Assembly (NCBI GenBank): GCA_965226495.1
Contig: OZ245365.1
Location: forward strand, 6,016,001-6,080,000
From: Candidatus Marinacidobacterales bacterium
GTDB lineage: Bacteria > Acidobacteriota > Vicinamibacteria > Marinacidobacterales > DATDRI01
Direction of reading: 5' to 3'
DNA: 64,000 nucleotides
In this document: positions 27,023-36,109 of the stretch, in pieces
How the letters are laid out: each line of letters opens with the position of its first letter
How positions within the stretch are numbered: position 1 is the stretch's first letter
The notes under the pieces: generated by a model
Seen by the model: only the letters and a program-made list of their open reading frames with translations
What the model was told of the DNA's origin: nothing
The model's database searches: none
Made by a program: the position numbers and the translations under genes

Positions 27023-29677
27023 TCAAAAATTCTCGAGCAACCAAACGTTACTGTCGAAGATCATGGCCATGAAAGCCAAATGGCGCCCGTCCGGGGATGC
27101 GAAGACCCATGCGTCCCACTCGTTGGGCTCGTCACGCAGAACCTCGACGTTACCCTCGAAATCGATCCACAGGAGCGAGCCCTGAGCCCACGTGGGCCCT
27201 CTGGGGGAGAAGCCGTTGATGAACAGCCCCCCTCCGTCTACTGCCCACGAAACCGCATCGATCCATGTCCACCCATCGACGACGATCTCACTGCTCTCCC
27301 CGCCATCCAATGGCACGATCTGAACGCGGTCGTTGGAGGTAACGACCGCAACGTGTGAGCCGTCCGGCGAAAGATCCCAGTTTGCGTAAAAAGACGGGTC
27401 GTAGACGGCTCGCGCCAGCTCCTTACCCTTTCCTCTAAAGGGGTCCAGGGCGCTGAAGGTGATCTGGCCATCGTTTTCCTCACTCACGACGCAGGCTCCA
27501 CCCGAGGTGTGGATACAGCGAAACTGCCGCCTGGCCGTGGCTTGATCCAAGACGATCTCCGGCGGACCCCCTGAAGCGGGGACTCGCTGTAAGCTGCCGC
27601 CAGACCGATAGAGGATCATCGAGCCGTCTGGACTGAACTGTGCGCCCCCTTCGTTCTCGGGTCCTTGAACGACGACCTGGGCTATCGTTGCATCAACCGA
27701 TTGTTGGTAAACGTCCAGGTTGCCGGCACGATCGGACGAAAAAAGAACACTCCGGCTGTCTGACGCCCAACCAGTCGGAGAATCCGAGCGCTCATCGAGT
27801 GTCAACCGCTTTGTCGTGCCCAAGGTTTTTCCGTCTTCGGTAAGCTCGGCGATGTAGACGTCAACTTGGTTTCGCTGCCGCAAAAAAGATAGGCGTTTCC
27901 CGTCGGCTGTAACCCGAAGATCGCGAAAGTTGACCCCCACGAGGTTGGTGATGCGAGTAGGTGTACCGACTGCTCGACCTTGGCCCTTATCGATTTTGAA
28001 TTTCCAAAGGTTCGAGTAGCCATGGTTCGGAGGCGGCTCACGGACAGCACAGATGAGTTGGTCATCGGGTGTCCATACGAAAGGGAGAACACCGCGCCAG
28101 AATTGCCACAGCCTTGCATCGGACGAGACCATCGTCGTTTTTTCGCCTTCGAGCTCATAGCTTTCGATGTACGACTCGAAGCCTTCGACCCTGAGCGCTC
28201 CGTAGAGTACCCGCTGACCGTCGGGGGTCCATGCCGCCTGCCAGAAGTTCCGATCTTTTCCTGAGGCGATGATCTTGGCATTCGAGCCGTTGGCATCCAT
28301 GAGCCAGACTTCGTGAGACGGTGGGGGGGAGGCGTTCAAGTATACGATTCGAGAGCCATCCGGAGAGACGGAGCCCCTCCACCCGTTGTCCCGAAGCTTT
28401 CGCGGCGCGCCTCCCAAGATGGAAATCGCGTACAAACTGACTTGTTCACCAGACTCCGACGGACCGGTGGCCAAAAGCTTTGTCCCATCGGGAAACCAAG
28501 AGACTTCCCAAAAGTGTCGGCCCTCAGTTTCCGGCAAGAGCCGTGTCTCTCCGGTTTCCAGAACCCGCACCCAGATCCCGGTCGAGTCGGTATACGCGAC
28601 GTAGGTGCCATCGGCTGAAATCGCCGCTCCGCTCACCATGTCCTCGACGGGATTTGCGGTGAGCTGCTGCAGACTCGCGTCGATTGTCGGCGCAGTGTGG
28701 CTGAATACGATCCACCCTATTCCCAATCCGATGAGTACGGCGAGAAGCAGCGCCATCACCAGGCCAGAACGTGGAAGCGACCGGGGAGACGCGCCCGCCG
28801 GTGCGGCACTCTCAGGCGATGCGCTCAGTGCGTCTTCGATCTCGATCCGCGCGTCCGCAATATCGTGCTGCCGCCGCTCCGGATCCTTCCGGAGACACCG
28901 ACGGAGCAGGCTGCGGACCGCAGACGGTGTCTCCTCCGGCAACGCCTGCCAGTCCGGATCCTGTTTGAGGATCGAGACGATCGTGTCCGACACGGTCTCG
29001 CCTGAAAACGCCACCCGCGCGGTCAGCGCTTCGTAGAGCACGCACCCAAACGCCCAGATATCGGTTCTCTTGTCGACCGGTTTGCCGCGAGCCTGCTCCG
29101 GGCTCATGTAAGGCGCTGTTCCCAAGATGACACCGGTTTCTGTACCCTCTCGAGTGAGGGTCGGGGACTGGCTGAGATCCACCGAGGTGGGCTCTCCGGC
29201 CATCGCTTTCCCCAGACCAAAGTCGAGGACTTTGACCTTTCCCTCGGGAGTGACTTTGATGTTGGCCGGCTTGAGATCACGGTGGACAATGCCCTTCTCG
29301 TGCGCAGCTTCGAGCCCAGCCGCGATCTGAGTGAAGAAGGGGAGTGCTTCGTCGAGAGGGATCGAACCCCGTCGCAGCCGGTCGGCCAGCGTCTCCCCGG
29401 GAACGAGCTCCATCGCGAGAAACGGGACGCCGTCCTCTTTTTCCAGTCCATAGAGGGTGGCGACGTTAGTGTGATTCAGCGACGCGAGAAGCCGGGCTTC
29501 CCGCTCGAAACGTGCGAGCTTCTCTTCATTATTAGAGAAGGCTTCCGGGAGGACCTTGATGGCGACTTCGCGGCCGAGCTTGGAGTCCCGCGCGCGGTAG
29601 ACTTCCCCCATGCCCCCCGAGCCAAGGGGTGAGAGTATTTCGTAGACACCTAACTTCGAGCCGGAAGTGAGGGGCAC
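27023..29677 (-). CDS. Ser/Thr protein kinase with TM helix and TolB/PD40 beta-propeller
   Basis: GSGGMGEVY, VAIK, HRDLKPAN, DFG, YMSPEQ; repeated SPDG motifs. Confidence 0.93.
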   Translation of the reverse strand: MPLTSGSKLGVYEILSPLGSGGMGEVYRARDSKLGREVAIKVLPEAFSNNEEKLARFEREARLLASLNHTNVATLYGLEKEDGVPFLAMELVPGETLADRLRRGSIPLDEALPFFTQIAAGLEAAHEKGIVHRDLKPANIKVTPEGKVKVLDFGLGKAMAGEPTSVDLSQSPTLTREGTETGVILGTAPYMSPEQARGKPVDKRTDIWAFGCVLYEALTARVAFSGETVSDTIVSILKQDPDWQALPEETPSAVRSLLRRCLRKDPERRQHDIADARIEIEDALSASPESAAPAGASPRSLPRSGLVMALLLAVLIGLGIGWIVFSHTAPTIDASLQQLTANPVEDMVSGAAISADGTYVAYTDSTGIWVRVLETGETRLLPETEGRHFWEVSWFPDGTKLLATGPSESGEQVSLYAISILGGAPRKLRDNGWRGSVSPDGSRIVYLNASPPPSHEVWLMDANGSNAKIIASGKDRNFWQAAWTPDGQRVLYGALRVEGFESYIESYELEGEKTTMVSSDARLWQFWRGVLPFVWTPDDQLICAVREPPPNHGYSNLWKFKIDKGQGRAVGTPTRITNLVGVNFRDLRVTADGKRLSFLRQRNQVDVYIAELTEDGKTLGTTKRLTLDERSDSPTGWASDSRSVLFSSDRAGNLDVYQQSVDATIAQVVVQGPENEGGAQFSPDGSMILYRSGGSLQRVPASGGPPEIVLDQATARRQFRCIHTSGGACVVSEENDGQITFSALDPFRGKGKELARAVYDPSFYANWDLSPDGSHVAVVTSNDRVQIVPLDGGESSEIVVDGWTWIDAVSWAVDGGGLFINGFSPRGPTWAQGSLLWIDFEGNVEVLRDEPNEWDAWVFASPDGRHLAFMAMIFDSNVWLLENF

Positions 29678-29775
29678 GGACAGAAAATAGTCCTGCACGG
29701 CCCGAAAAGTCAAAAGGGAGTGTTCGGTCGAGCAGGACGCCCTTCACGGCTCGGGTGATGCGGGAGGTCGCCCGG

Positions 29776-30972
29776 CTACGAGGAGTCGGCGCGGCCAGTC
29801 CGGCTCCGCCGAGAAGCATCGATCTTCTCCTGGATGAACGCGACACCAAAGACCCTCTCTGCGCTCAAAAGATTGTGCGGACGACATTGAAGGCTGAGAA
29901 ATCTCTCGTCGTGGCTGTGATGCAAAGCAAAGGGCCGCTGGTGTTCAATCTCGAGTCCCGTCCGCGAGCGACATCGGGTTCCGTCCAAAGCTCTGAATTC
30001 ACATTGGTGGCCAGCCCTCTCGTGGACGCGCTCACGAACCTCTGAAGGGATGTAGCGGGACTTCGCTTTCTCAACTTCCTCTCTCGCGAAAATCTCGTCC
30101 AGACGAGATTTTGCCCTAGGAGTCTCGCCGCTCCGCTTCGCCTCCCTCTCGAGTCGTCGTGCACGCTTTCTCTTCAGGTCCTTCTTGTCGAGCGCGGTGT
30201 CCAGGGCCTCCTCCATGATCTCGGCCATGTGTTGCAGAGGGTCCTCGACTCCGAGGACTTCCGCCAGACGCTCGAACTTGTCCTTGAACTTTCGGTTTGC
30301 CGCAAAGCGGAAGTTGTAGATCTCTGGCCTTGCCGGCTCGAGGATGCTCGGCGACGTCCGGAAAGCTAAGCCCCCGGCCCAGGCCTCCTGGAGCGGCGGC
30401 GTCTTGTCGGGTGACGTGGTTTGCACCCTCGGTGGTGAGCTCAAAGCGAATCGGTCCCTCTGTGGCCGAGAAGGCGTTCGGCGAATCGAAGGCGGGAAGA
30501 CGGGCTTGGGCCGGAGCGCGACGAGGTATTCCTCAGCCTCGCGCTTGGTCATTCCGGCGCAATCGGAAAGAAGCGTTTCGACGTTACTCTTTGCGAGAAC
30601 GGGAGCGAGAAGACCCGCCACGGTGAGACTCATCCGGTTCTCGGCGAGCGCCACGAGTATCTGAGGGAAACGTCGCGATACGTTGGCCACTTGAATCCGC
30701 AAGGCGACCGAGCCTTCGCTCAGATGCAAGCGCCTCGTGCAGTACTGGAAGAGATTCTTGTACCCACACTCGAGATAGCCCTTTCTTCTCGACATCTCCG
30801 CGATGTGAGCGATGACCAGCGCTACGTTTCGTTTCTCGGCGCGGACCAGCTTCTCAGTTGAGCGGTCGAGCTCGTCGGTGGATAGACCTTCGAGCGTTTC
30901 TAAGTACGTCTTAACTTTTTCGATCATGACCATTGCCCCCTCTTTCGACTCTTGATTCTCGAAGTATAGCAA
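29776..30972 (-). CDS. DUF222-like protein with a C-terminal HNH-type nuclease domain
   Basis: LSTDEL...E......HIAEM..R......GY..LF.YC...L..SEG; SRYIPSEVRERV.ER...QC...C......EH..P...CRPHN. Confidence 0.8.
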   Translation of the reverse strand: MLYFENQESKEGAMVMIEKVKTYLETLEGLSTDELDRSTEKLVRAEKRNVALVIAHIAEMSRRKGYLECGYKNLFQYCTRRLHLSEGSVALRIQVANVSRRFPQILVALAENRMSLTVAGLLAPVLAKSNVETLLSDCAGMTKREAEEYLVALRPKPVFPPSIRRTPSRPQRDRFALSSPPRVQTTSPDKTPPLQEAWAGGLAFRTSPSILEPARPEIYNFRFAANRKFKDKFERLAEVLGVEDPLQHMAEIMEEALDTALDKKDLKRKRARRLEREAKRSGETPRAKSRLDEIFAREEVEKAKSRYIPSEVRERVHERAGHQCEFRALDGTRCRSRTGLEIEHQRPFALHHSHDERFLSLQCRPHNLLSAERVFGVAFIQEKIDASRRSRTGRADSS

Positions 30973-31237
30973 CGAGTTTTTTCTGGACCGGAGCGATCGT
31001 CAGAGGGGAGCAAACGGACTGGAATGAAGAAAGTGCTCAAATCTTGAGGAAAGGATACGAGAGAGCGTCTGTGCGCTTCAGGAAGGTATTTATGCTAATG
31101 ACCCATCGTTTTTCGAAATGGTCTCACGAAACTTGTCAAGTGTTCTTTCGATCTTTTTTTTCGCTGCGTCTCATCACCACTTTGCTCGCGTCAAGTGAGA
31201 AGACGTTTCCGCGGAAACGTCTTTGGGTACTTCGGTA

Positions 31238-31404
31238 ACAGAAGGTCGCCGCCGCGAGGTGCGCGGAGAGCTTTTGGACACCGGTGTCCCGCTGGAACGC
31301 CCGCTTGCCCGTCGCCATCTCGTAAAGGATGGCGCCCAACCTCCCGCGCCGAGCGGGGAGACGATTTCGTAGGAGCCCAGCTTCGTGCCCGGCGTAGGCG
31401 ACAC
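31238..31404 (-). pseudogene. Ser/Thr kinase remnant with a large internal deletion
   Basis: MSPTPGTKLGSYEIVSPLGAGG joined out of frame to GAILYEMATGKRAFQRDT...LSA. Confidence 0.8.
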
Positions 31405-31412
31405 GAGGAGCC

Positions 31413-34082
31413 CTACTCGGTGGGAACGCGAGCCTTTAGCTCCTCGAACCAGTTCAGGACCACGTGGAGTGTGGAAGGGTCGTCGTCACGCTGGACGGGT
31501 TTCATCATCACGAACTGTTTCCCGTCGCGAGTCACATCGTAGTAGACGAGCTCTTGAACGCTGAACGGGGCTTTTCGATAGTCTCCCTCGAACAGCGCGG
31601 TCGCTCTGCCCAGAGTGAGTGCGGATCCGGTGGTCTCGATGGGCACCGCCATCATCTTGTTGGCGTGACGGTAGAAGATCTCTCCGCCTTTGGGCGACCA
31701 CATGGGGTGGGATCCACCGTCGGACGAGATCTGCCATTTTCCTCCCGGACCAGGAAAGGCTCTGACATAAACCTCTTCTCGACCGGACTCGTTCGAGATG
31801 TACGCCAACCACCGACCATCGGGCGAGAAGATCGGTTGATATTCATTGAACGGCGTGGATAGGAAGAGCTTCTCTTCCCCGTCTTCCACTGAATAGACGC
31901 CGATGTCGAGACCGGTTTCTGGATTTACCTGTTGGAAAGCAAGAAGCTTACCGTCTGAGGACCAGGAAGTCGCGGTGGTGGGGTGCTCGCTCTGGGTTAG
32001 TTGCACCGGCTGGCCACTTCCGTCGGAAGGCACCGAGAAGATATTCCACCCACTCTCGCGATCCGAAGAAAAGGTCACCTGCTTTCCGTCGGGTGTCCAA
32101 ATGGGAATGCTGTCGTTCCCTTGCTCGAACGAGAGCCGGGTCATCGTTTCCCGAGCGATCTCCAAGACCCAAATGTCGATGCTTTGAGCATCTACCGCGG
32201 TGAGGGCGAGTCGTTTACCGTCGGGCGATAGCCGAGGTTCCACGACGGTCTTAGATTCTTCCAGCAGTGGACGAGACACTCCCTGCCGGTCCACCATCAT
32301 CAATGTAACTTCGGGCGCCAAGGCGGCGGCCCCTCCCTCCCCGTAAACCAGCGCGCCATCGTGGGAGATCCCGAACTGGTTTGGCTGCACTTCTTCGACC
32401 ATGGGAACCGGTGCTCCGGTCACCTCGAGCCGATCCAGGTCGAAGGGCACGGCGAGCAGCTGACTCCCTTGTGAGTAGACGAGGTGACCGGTGGGAGCAT
32501 ACCGGCCACCGCCGGCCCCTTCGATGAGAGTGTGTATCTCACCGGTCTCCCGGTCGAGCGCCGCGACGTTCGCGGAGGCATTAGTAATGACCGTGAACAC
32601 CACCGCCTTGCCTCCCGGCACTACGTCCGGATGGCGGTGGGATGTCTCACCCTTCTCCTTGTCGAGCTCGGTTAGGGGTTCCGGCGTACCGCCCCCGGTC
32701 GGGATCATCGATAGACCCAGCCCCTCCGCCGTCGTCGTTCCGAAAACGATGACGGCGTCCTCGCCCCAACTGCCCCCTCGCAGGGTCGGACAGTCGCACA
32801 GCGTGACCGGCAGTCCACCGCTGATCGATACTCTCTGCAGCTTGCCGTCCGCCCAGAACCCGACCCACTGCCCATCCGAGGAAAAGAAAGGCTGAATCGC
32901 GTTCTCCGTGCCCTGAATCCGTGTCGGCGCAACCTGATCCATCCGGCGGAGATAGAGGTGTTGACCATCCTGACCGAACGAGACGTACGCGATGTGGGAG
33001 CTATCGGGAGAGAGAGCGATGCGAGTGGGAATCCATCGTTCGTTGATTGGGAAATCAATTTCAAAACGCGTGACGGGCCTAGGTGCGGGTGGCGTGCTGA
33101 AGAGAGCCCAGCCTAGGATGGCGGCCGCGGTAATACCCACAACGAAGCTCACCGCGCTCCAGAGGATCCGCTCGCGGCCGAGACCACGAGCCGCTCCGAC
33201 CGCTGCTTGCGGGCCGGCCTCGGCGATCCATTCGAGCTCGCGCGCCACGTCACCGGCGCTCTGCCAGCGTTGGTCGGGATCTTTCGCCAAACATCTGCGG
33301 ATCACATGTTCTAGCGCGACCGGGGAAAGTGGGGTCACTGCAGAAACAGGTTCCGGATTCGCCGACATGATGGCCGAGATCAAACTCGCTTGGCTCTTGC
33401 CCTCGAACGCTTTCTTGCCGGTCACCATTTCGTAGATGACGGCCCCGAGCGCAAAGATGTCGGTTCGAGCGTCGATCTCTCCGCCTTCCAGTTGCTCGGG
33501 AGCCATGTACTGGAAGGTTCCGAGGATCGTTCCCGCCGCGGTCAACGATCTATGCTCGGTGGGCAAGGCGGAAAGCGTCGACAGCTCCGGAGTCGGTGCG
33601 GTGGAGCCCGCGAGCTTGGCCAAGCCGAAGTCCAGAAGCTTCGCCCCGGTCTTGCTGAGCATGATATTGCCGGGCTTCAAATCGCGGTGCACTACGCCGG
33701 CGCGGTGCGCCTTTTCCAGGGCGTCGGCGATCTCGGTCGCGTAAGTCAGCGCTTCATCGAAAGGAAGGGCCCCCTTCTTCAAACGATCGGCTAGGGACTC
33801 GCCTTCGATGTGCTCCATGACCAGGAAGTCGGTCTTGCCTTCTCGGCCAATGTCGTGGAGCGTGCAGATATGAGGGTGATTGAGACTCGAGACCGCGCGG
33901 GCTTCGCGCTCGAACCGTTCTCGCAGCTCGGAACTGCCGGAGAGATGCGACGAAAGCACCTTGATCGCAACGCTGCGATCGAGTCGCGTGTCCTTGGCCT
34001 TATAGACCTCGCCCATCCCCCCCGCTCCGAGGGGGGACAAAATCTCGTAAGGTCCGAGCCGATCTCCAGCGCTAAGAGCCAT
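31413..34082 (-). CDS. Ser/Thr protein kinase with TM helix and TolB/PD40 beta-propeller
   Basis: GAGGMGEVY, HRDLKPGN, DFGLAK, YMAPEQ; C-terminal VVLNWFEELK. Confidence 0.95.
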   Translation of the reverse strand: MALSAGDRLGPYEILSPLGAGGMGEVYKAKDTRLDRSVAIKVLSSHLSGSSELRERFEREARAVSSLNHPHICTLHDIGREGKTDFLVMEHIEGESLADRLKKGALPFDEALTYATEIADALEKAHRAGVVHRDLKPGNIMLSKTGAKLLDFGLAKLAGSTAPTPELSTLSALPTEHRSLTAAGTILGTFQYMAPEQLEGGEIDARTDIFALGAVIYEMVTGKKAFEGKSQASLISAIMSANPEPVSAVTPLSPVALEHVIRRCLAKDPDQRWQSAGDVARELEWIAEAGPQAAVGAARGLGRERILWSAVSFVVGITAAAILGWALFSTPPAPRPVTRFEIDFPINERWIPTRIALSPDSSHIAYVSFGQDGQHLYLRRMDQVAPTRIQGTENAIQPFFSSDGQWVGFWADGKLQRVSISGGLPVTLCDCPTLRGGSWGEDAVIVFGTTTAEGLGLSMIPTGGGTPEPLTELDKEKGETSHRHPDVVPGGKAVVFTVITNASANVAALDRETGEIHTLIEGAGGGRYAPTGHLVYSQGSQLLAVPFDLDRLEVTGAPVPMVEEVQPNQFGISHDGALVYGEGGAAALAPEVTLMMVDRQGVSRPLLEESKTVVEPRLSPDGKRLALTAVDAQSIDIWVLEIARETMTRLSFEQGNDSIPIWTPDGKQVTFSSDRESGWNIFSVPSDGSGQPVQLTQSEHPTTATSWSSDGKLLAFQQVNPETGLDIGVYSVEDGEEKLFLSTPFNEYQPIFSPDGRWLAYISNESGREEVYVRAFPGPGGKWQISSDGGSHPMWSPKGGEIFYRHANKMMAVPIETTGSALTLGRATALFEGDYRKAPFSVQELVYYDVTRDGKQFVMMKPVQRDDDPSTLHVVLNWFEELKARVPTE

Positions 34083-34086
34083 GGCC

Positions 34087-34121
34087 CCTCACCCAATCCC
34101 TCTCCCCAAAGGGGAGAGGGA
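34087..34121. repeat. REP-like palindrome
   Basis: CCCTCACCCAATCCCTCTCCCC-AAA-GGGGAGAGGGA; same family as 15968-16000. Confidence 0.7.
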
Positions 34122-34248
34122 TAGATCGAGTGACGAGGCGAGTGCACACGAGAGCCTCGTCAAACCAAGAATAGTCGTACCAGGATCAAGGGCCATAAGC
34201 AGCAAAACGATAGCGCTTTACCCGTTGAAAAGTCAACGAGAGGGACGG

Positions 34249-36099
34249 TTAGAAACCCATGGCGGATGTCTCGCGTCGCACATCACCGGCGGCGACGAGA
34301 ACTCCGGTCACGGGATCCCGATAGGTGACCGTCGGGGCGCAAGCCAGCCAGTTCCACCGGCCCCACGACTGCACGTCGTGTCCGCGGCTTCGCAATACCT
34401 CGGCGGTGTAGTCGGGGATTCGACTCTCCAGCTTGATAACCCCTGGATTCTCGTTCTTGTCGGTCCCGGTCGCAGGAAAGTTGTAGCTACCGAAGCGAGG
34501 TTGATCGAGGGCTTGTTCCGGTGACATGTCCCAGACCACGACGTTCAAGAACACTTGTAAGAGAGACTGCACCTGCTGATCCCCGCCGGGAGTGGAAAGT
34601 CCCATGAACGGCTTCCCATCCTTCATTATTAGTAAGGGAGAGTTGGTGTTGCGGGGCCGTTTTCTCGGTGCCACGACGTTTGCGAGCTCGGGGTCGAGAT
34701 CGAATTGGCCCATGCGGTTGCTGAGGCCAAAGCCCCAGCCGGGGACCATCGGCGTCATCATGTGGCCGTCGCTCTCGGTCATGGAGAAGACGTTCCCCTC
34801 GCCATCCATCACGTTCAAGGAAGAGGTGTCGAGAACCAGCGTCGATTCACCGGCTACTCCCGCGAAGCTCCGTGCCAAGTCGGTCGCCTGGCCCTCCATC
34901 GATTCGGGATCGCCCCATGGGGGCATGTCCTTGAAAGCCTTTCCCATGTCGATGAGCTTTGCCCTCTCCCGCCCGTAGGCCTTCGAGTAGAGGGCGGTGG
35001 GTGTGTCGTTGAAGTCAGGGTCCCCCACGTACTTGTAGCTATCGGCCATCGCCAGGTTGATGACTTGAGAAAGGACGTGAATGTAGTCGGCGGTGTTGTA
35101 ACCGAGAGACTCGAGGTCGAAGGCCTCTAGCATGTTCAGCATCAAGATGAGCCGCGGCCCTTGAGACCAGCCGTCACAAGCGTACACGTCGTAGCCCATG
35201 AACGTCGTGTGGAGGGGAGCCATCCACTTGCCTTCGTATCCGGCGAGATCCTGGTAAGTCAAAATGCCGTCGTTCTCCGTGTAAAACTTCGCTGCGGCGC
35301 GCGCCGCGTCACCTTTATAGAAAGCATCTCTCGCCGCACGAATCCCGGTCGACCGATCTCCTCCTCGGGCGAGCACTTTCTTTTCGGCCTCGATCATCAA
35401 TCTCATGACGCGGCCGAGGTCGCGGTTCACCATCAGATCGCCTAAACGCTCGTTGCCGACGCCACGCGGAAACCAAAACTTCACGTTGTAAGGGTATTTG
35501 CGGAGATCTTCTCCCATCCACGTGAGCATCCATTTCTGCATCTTGTAGAGGTGGTACCCCTCCTCGGCGATCGTGAGCGCGGGCTCGACCGCCTCGGTAA
35601 AGCTGATGGTCCCAAACCGGTCGAGTGCCGCGAGCCAGACATCGACGTCGGCGGGAATGAGTGCGGTATTGAAATTGTTTTTCCCGACCTCCTGGAAATA
35701 CTCGAGCGTTGCCTTCGCCGGGGCGGTGCCGGCTCCCACCCTGGTGATCACAGCGTTTTCGGAGGCGCTATAGAGAACGAGAGGGGCGACTCCGTTCCAG
35801 CCGGCGAAGCCCATTTTGGTGACCTTGAGGGCCATCGCCGCGGTCACCCCGGCATCGAAGGCGTTCCCGCCCGATCGAAGTGCTTCGATACCGGCCAGTG
35901 TCGCCAGGTAGTGTCCAGTTGCCAAGACACCGTTGCTCCCCATGACCCGAGGTCGCATCGACTCGAAGTTATTTCCATCGTAGACGTGTCCATAGCTCTC
36001 GAACGGTGACACGTGATCCATGATCGTTCGGTCGTTCGATTGAGAAGCGAGGATCGATGCGACTCCAAGGAAGACAAAGACCGGTAAAATTCGTTTCAT
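34249..36099 (-). CDS. ggt: Gamma-glutamyltransferase family protein
   Basis: GGNAFDA, nucleophile-like DTSSLNVMDGEGN, PRKRP, TPGGDQQ, DVRR; signal peptide. Confidence 0.88.
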   Translation of the reverse strand: MKRILPVFVFLGVASILASQSNDRTIMDHVSPFESYGHVYDGNNFESMRPRVMGSNGVLATGHYLATLAGIEALRSGGNAFDAGVTAAMALKVTKMGFAGWNGVAPLVLYSASENAVITRVGAGTAPAKATLEYFQEVGKNNFNTALIPADVDVWLAALDRFGTISFTEAVEPALTIAEEGYHLYKMQKWMLTWMGEDLRKYPYNVKFWFPRGVGNERLGDLMVNRDLGRVMRLMIEAEKKVLARGGDRSTGIRAARDAFYKGDAARAAAKFYTENDGILTYQDLAGYEGKWMAPLHTTFMGYDVYACDGWSQGPRLILMLNMLEAFDLESLGYNTADYIHVLSQVINLAMADSYKYVGDPDFNDTPTALYSKAYGRERAKLIDMGKAFKDMPPWGDPESMEGQATDLARSFAGVAGESTLVLDTSSLNVMDGEGNVFSMTESDGHMMTPMVPGWGFGLSNRMGQFDLDPELANVVAPRKRPRNTNSPLLIMKDGKPFMGLSTPGGDQQVQSLLQVFLNVVVWDMSPEQALDQPRFGSYNFPATGTDKNENPGVIKLESRIPDYTAEVLRSRGHDVQSWGRWNWLACAPTVTYRDPVTGVLVAAGDVRRETSAMGF

Positions 36100-36109
36100 G
36101 TGTTTCTCC

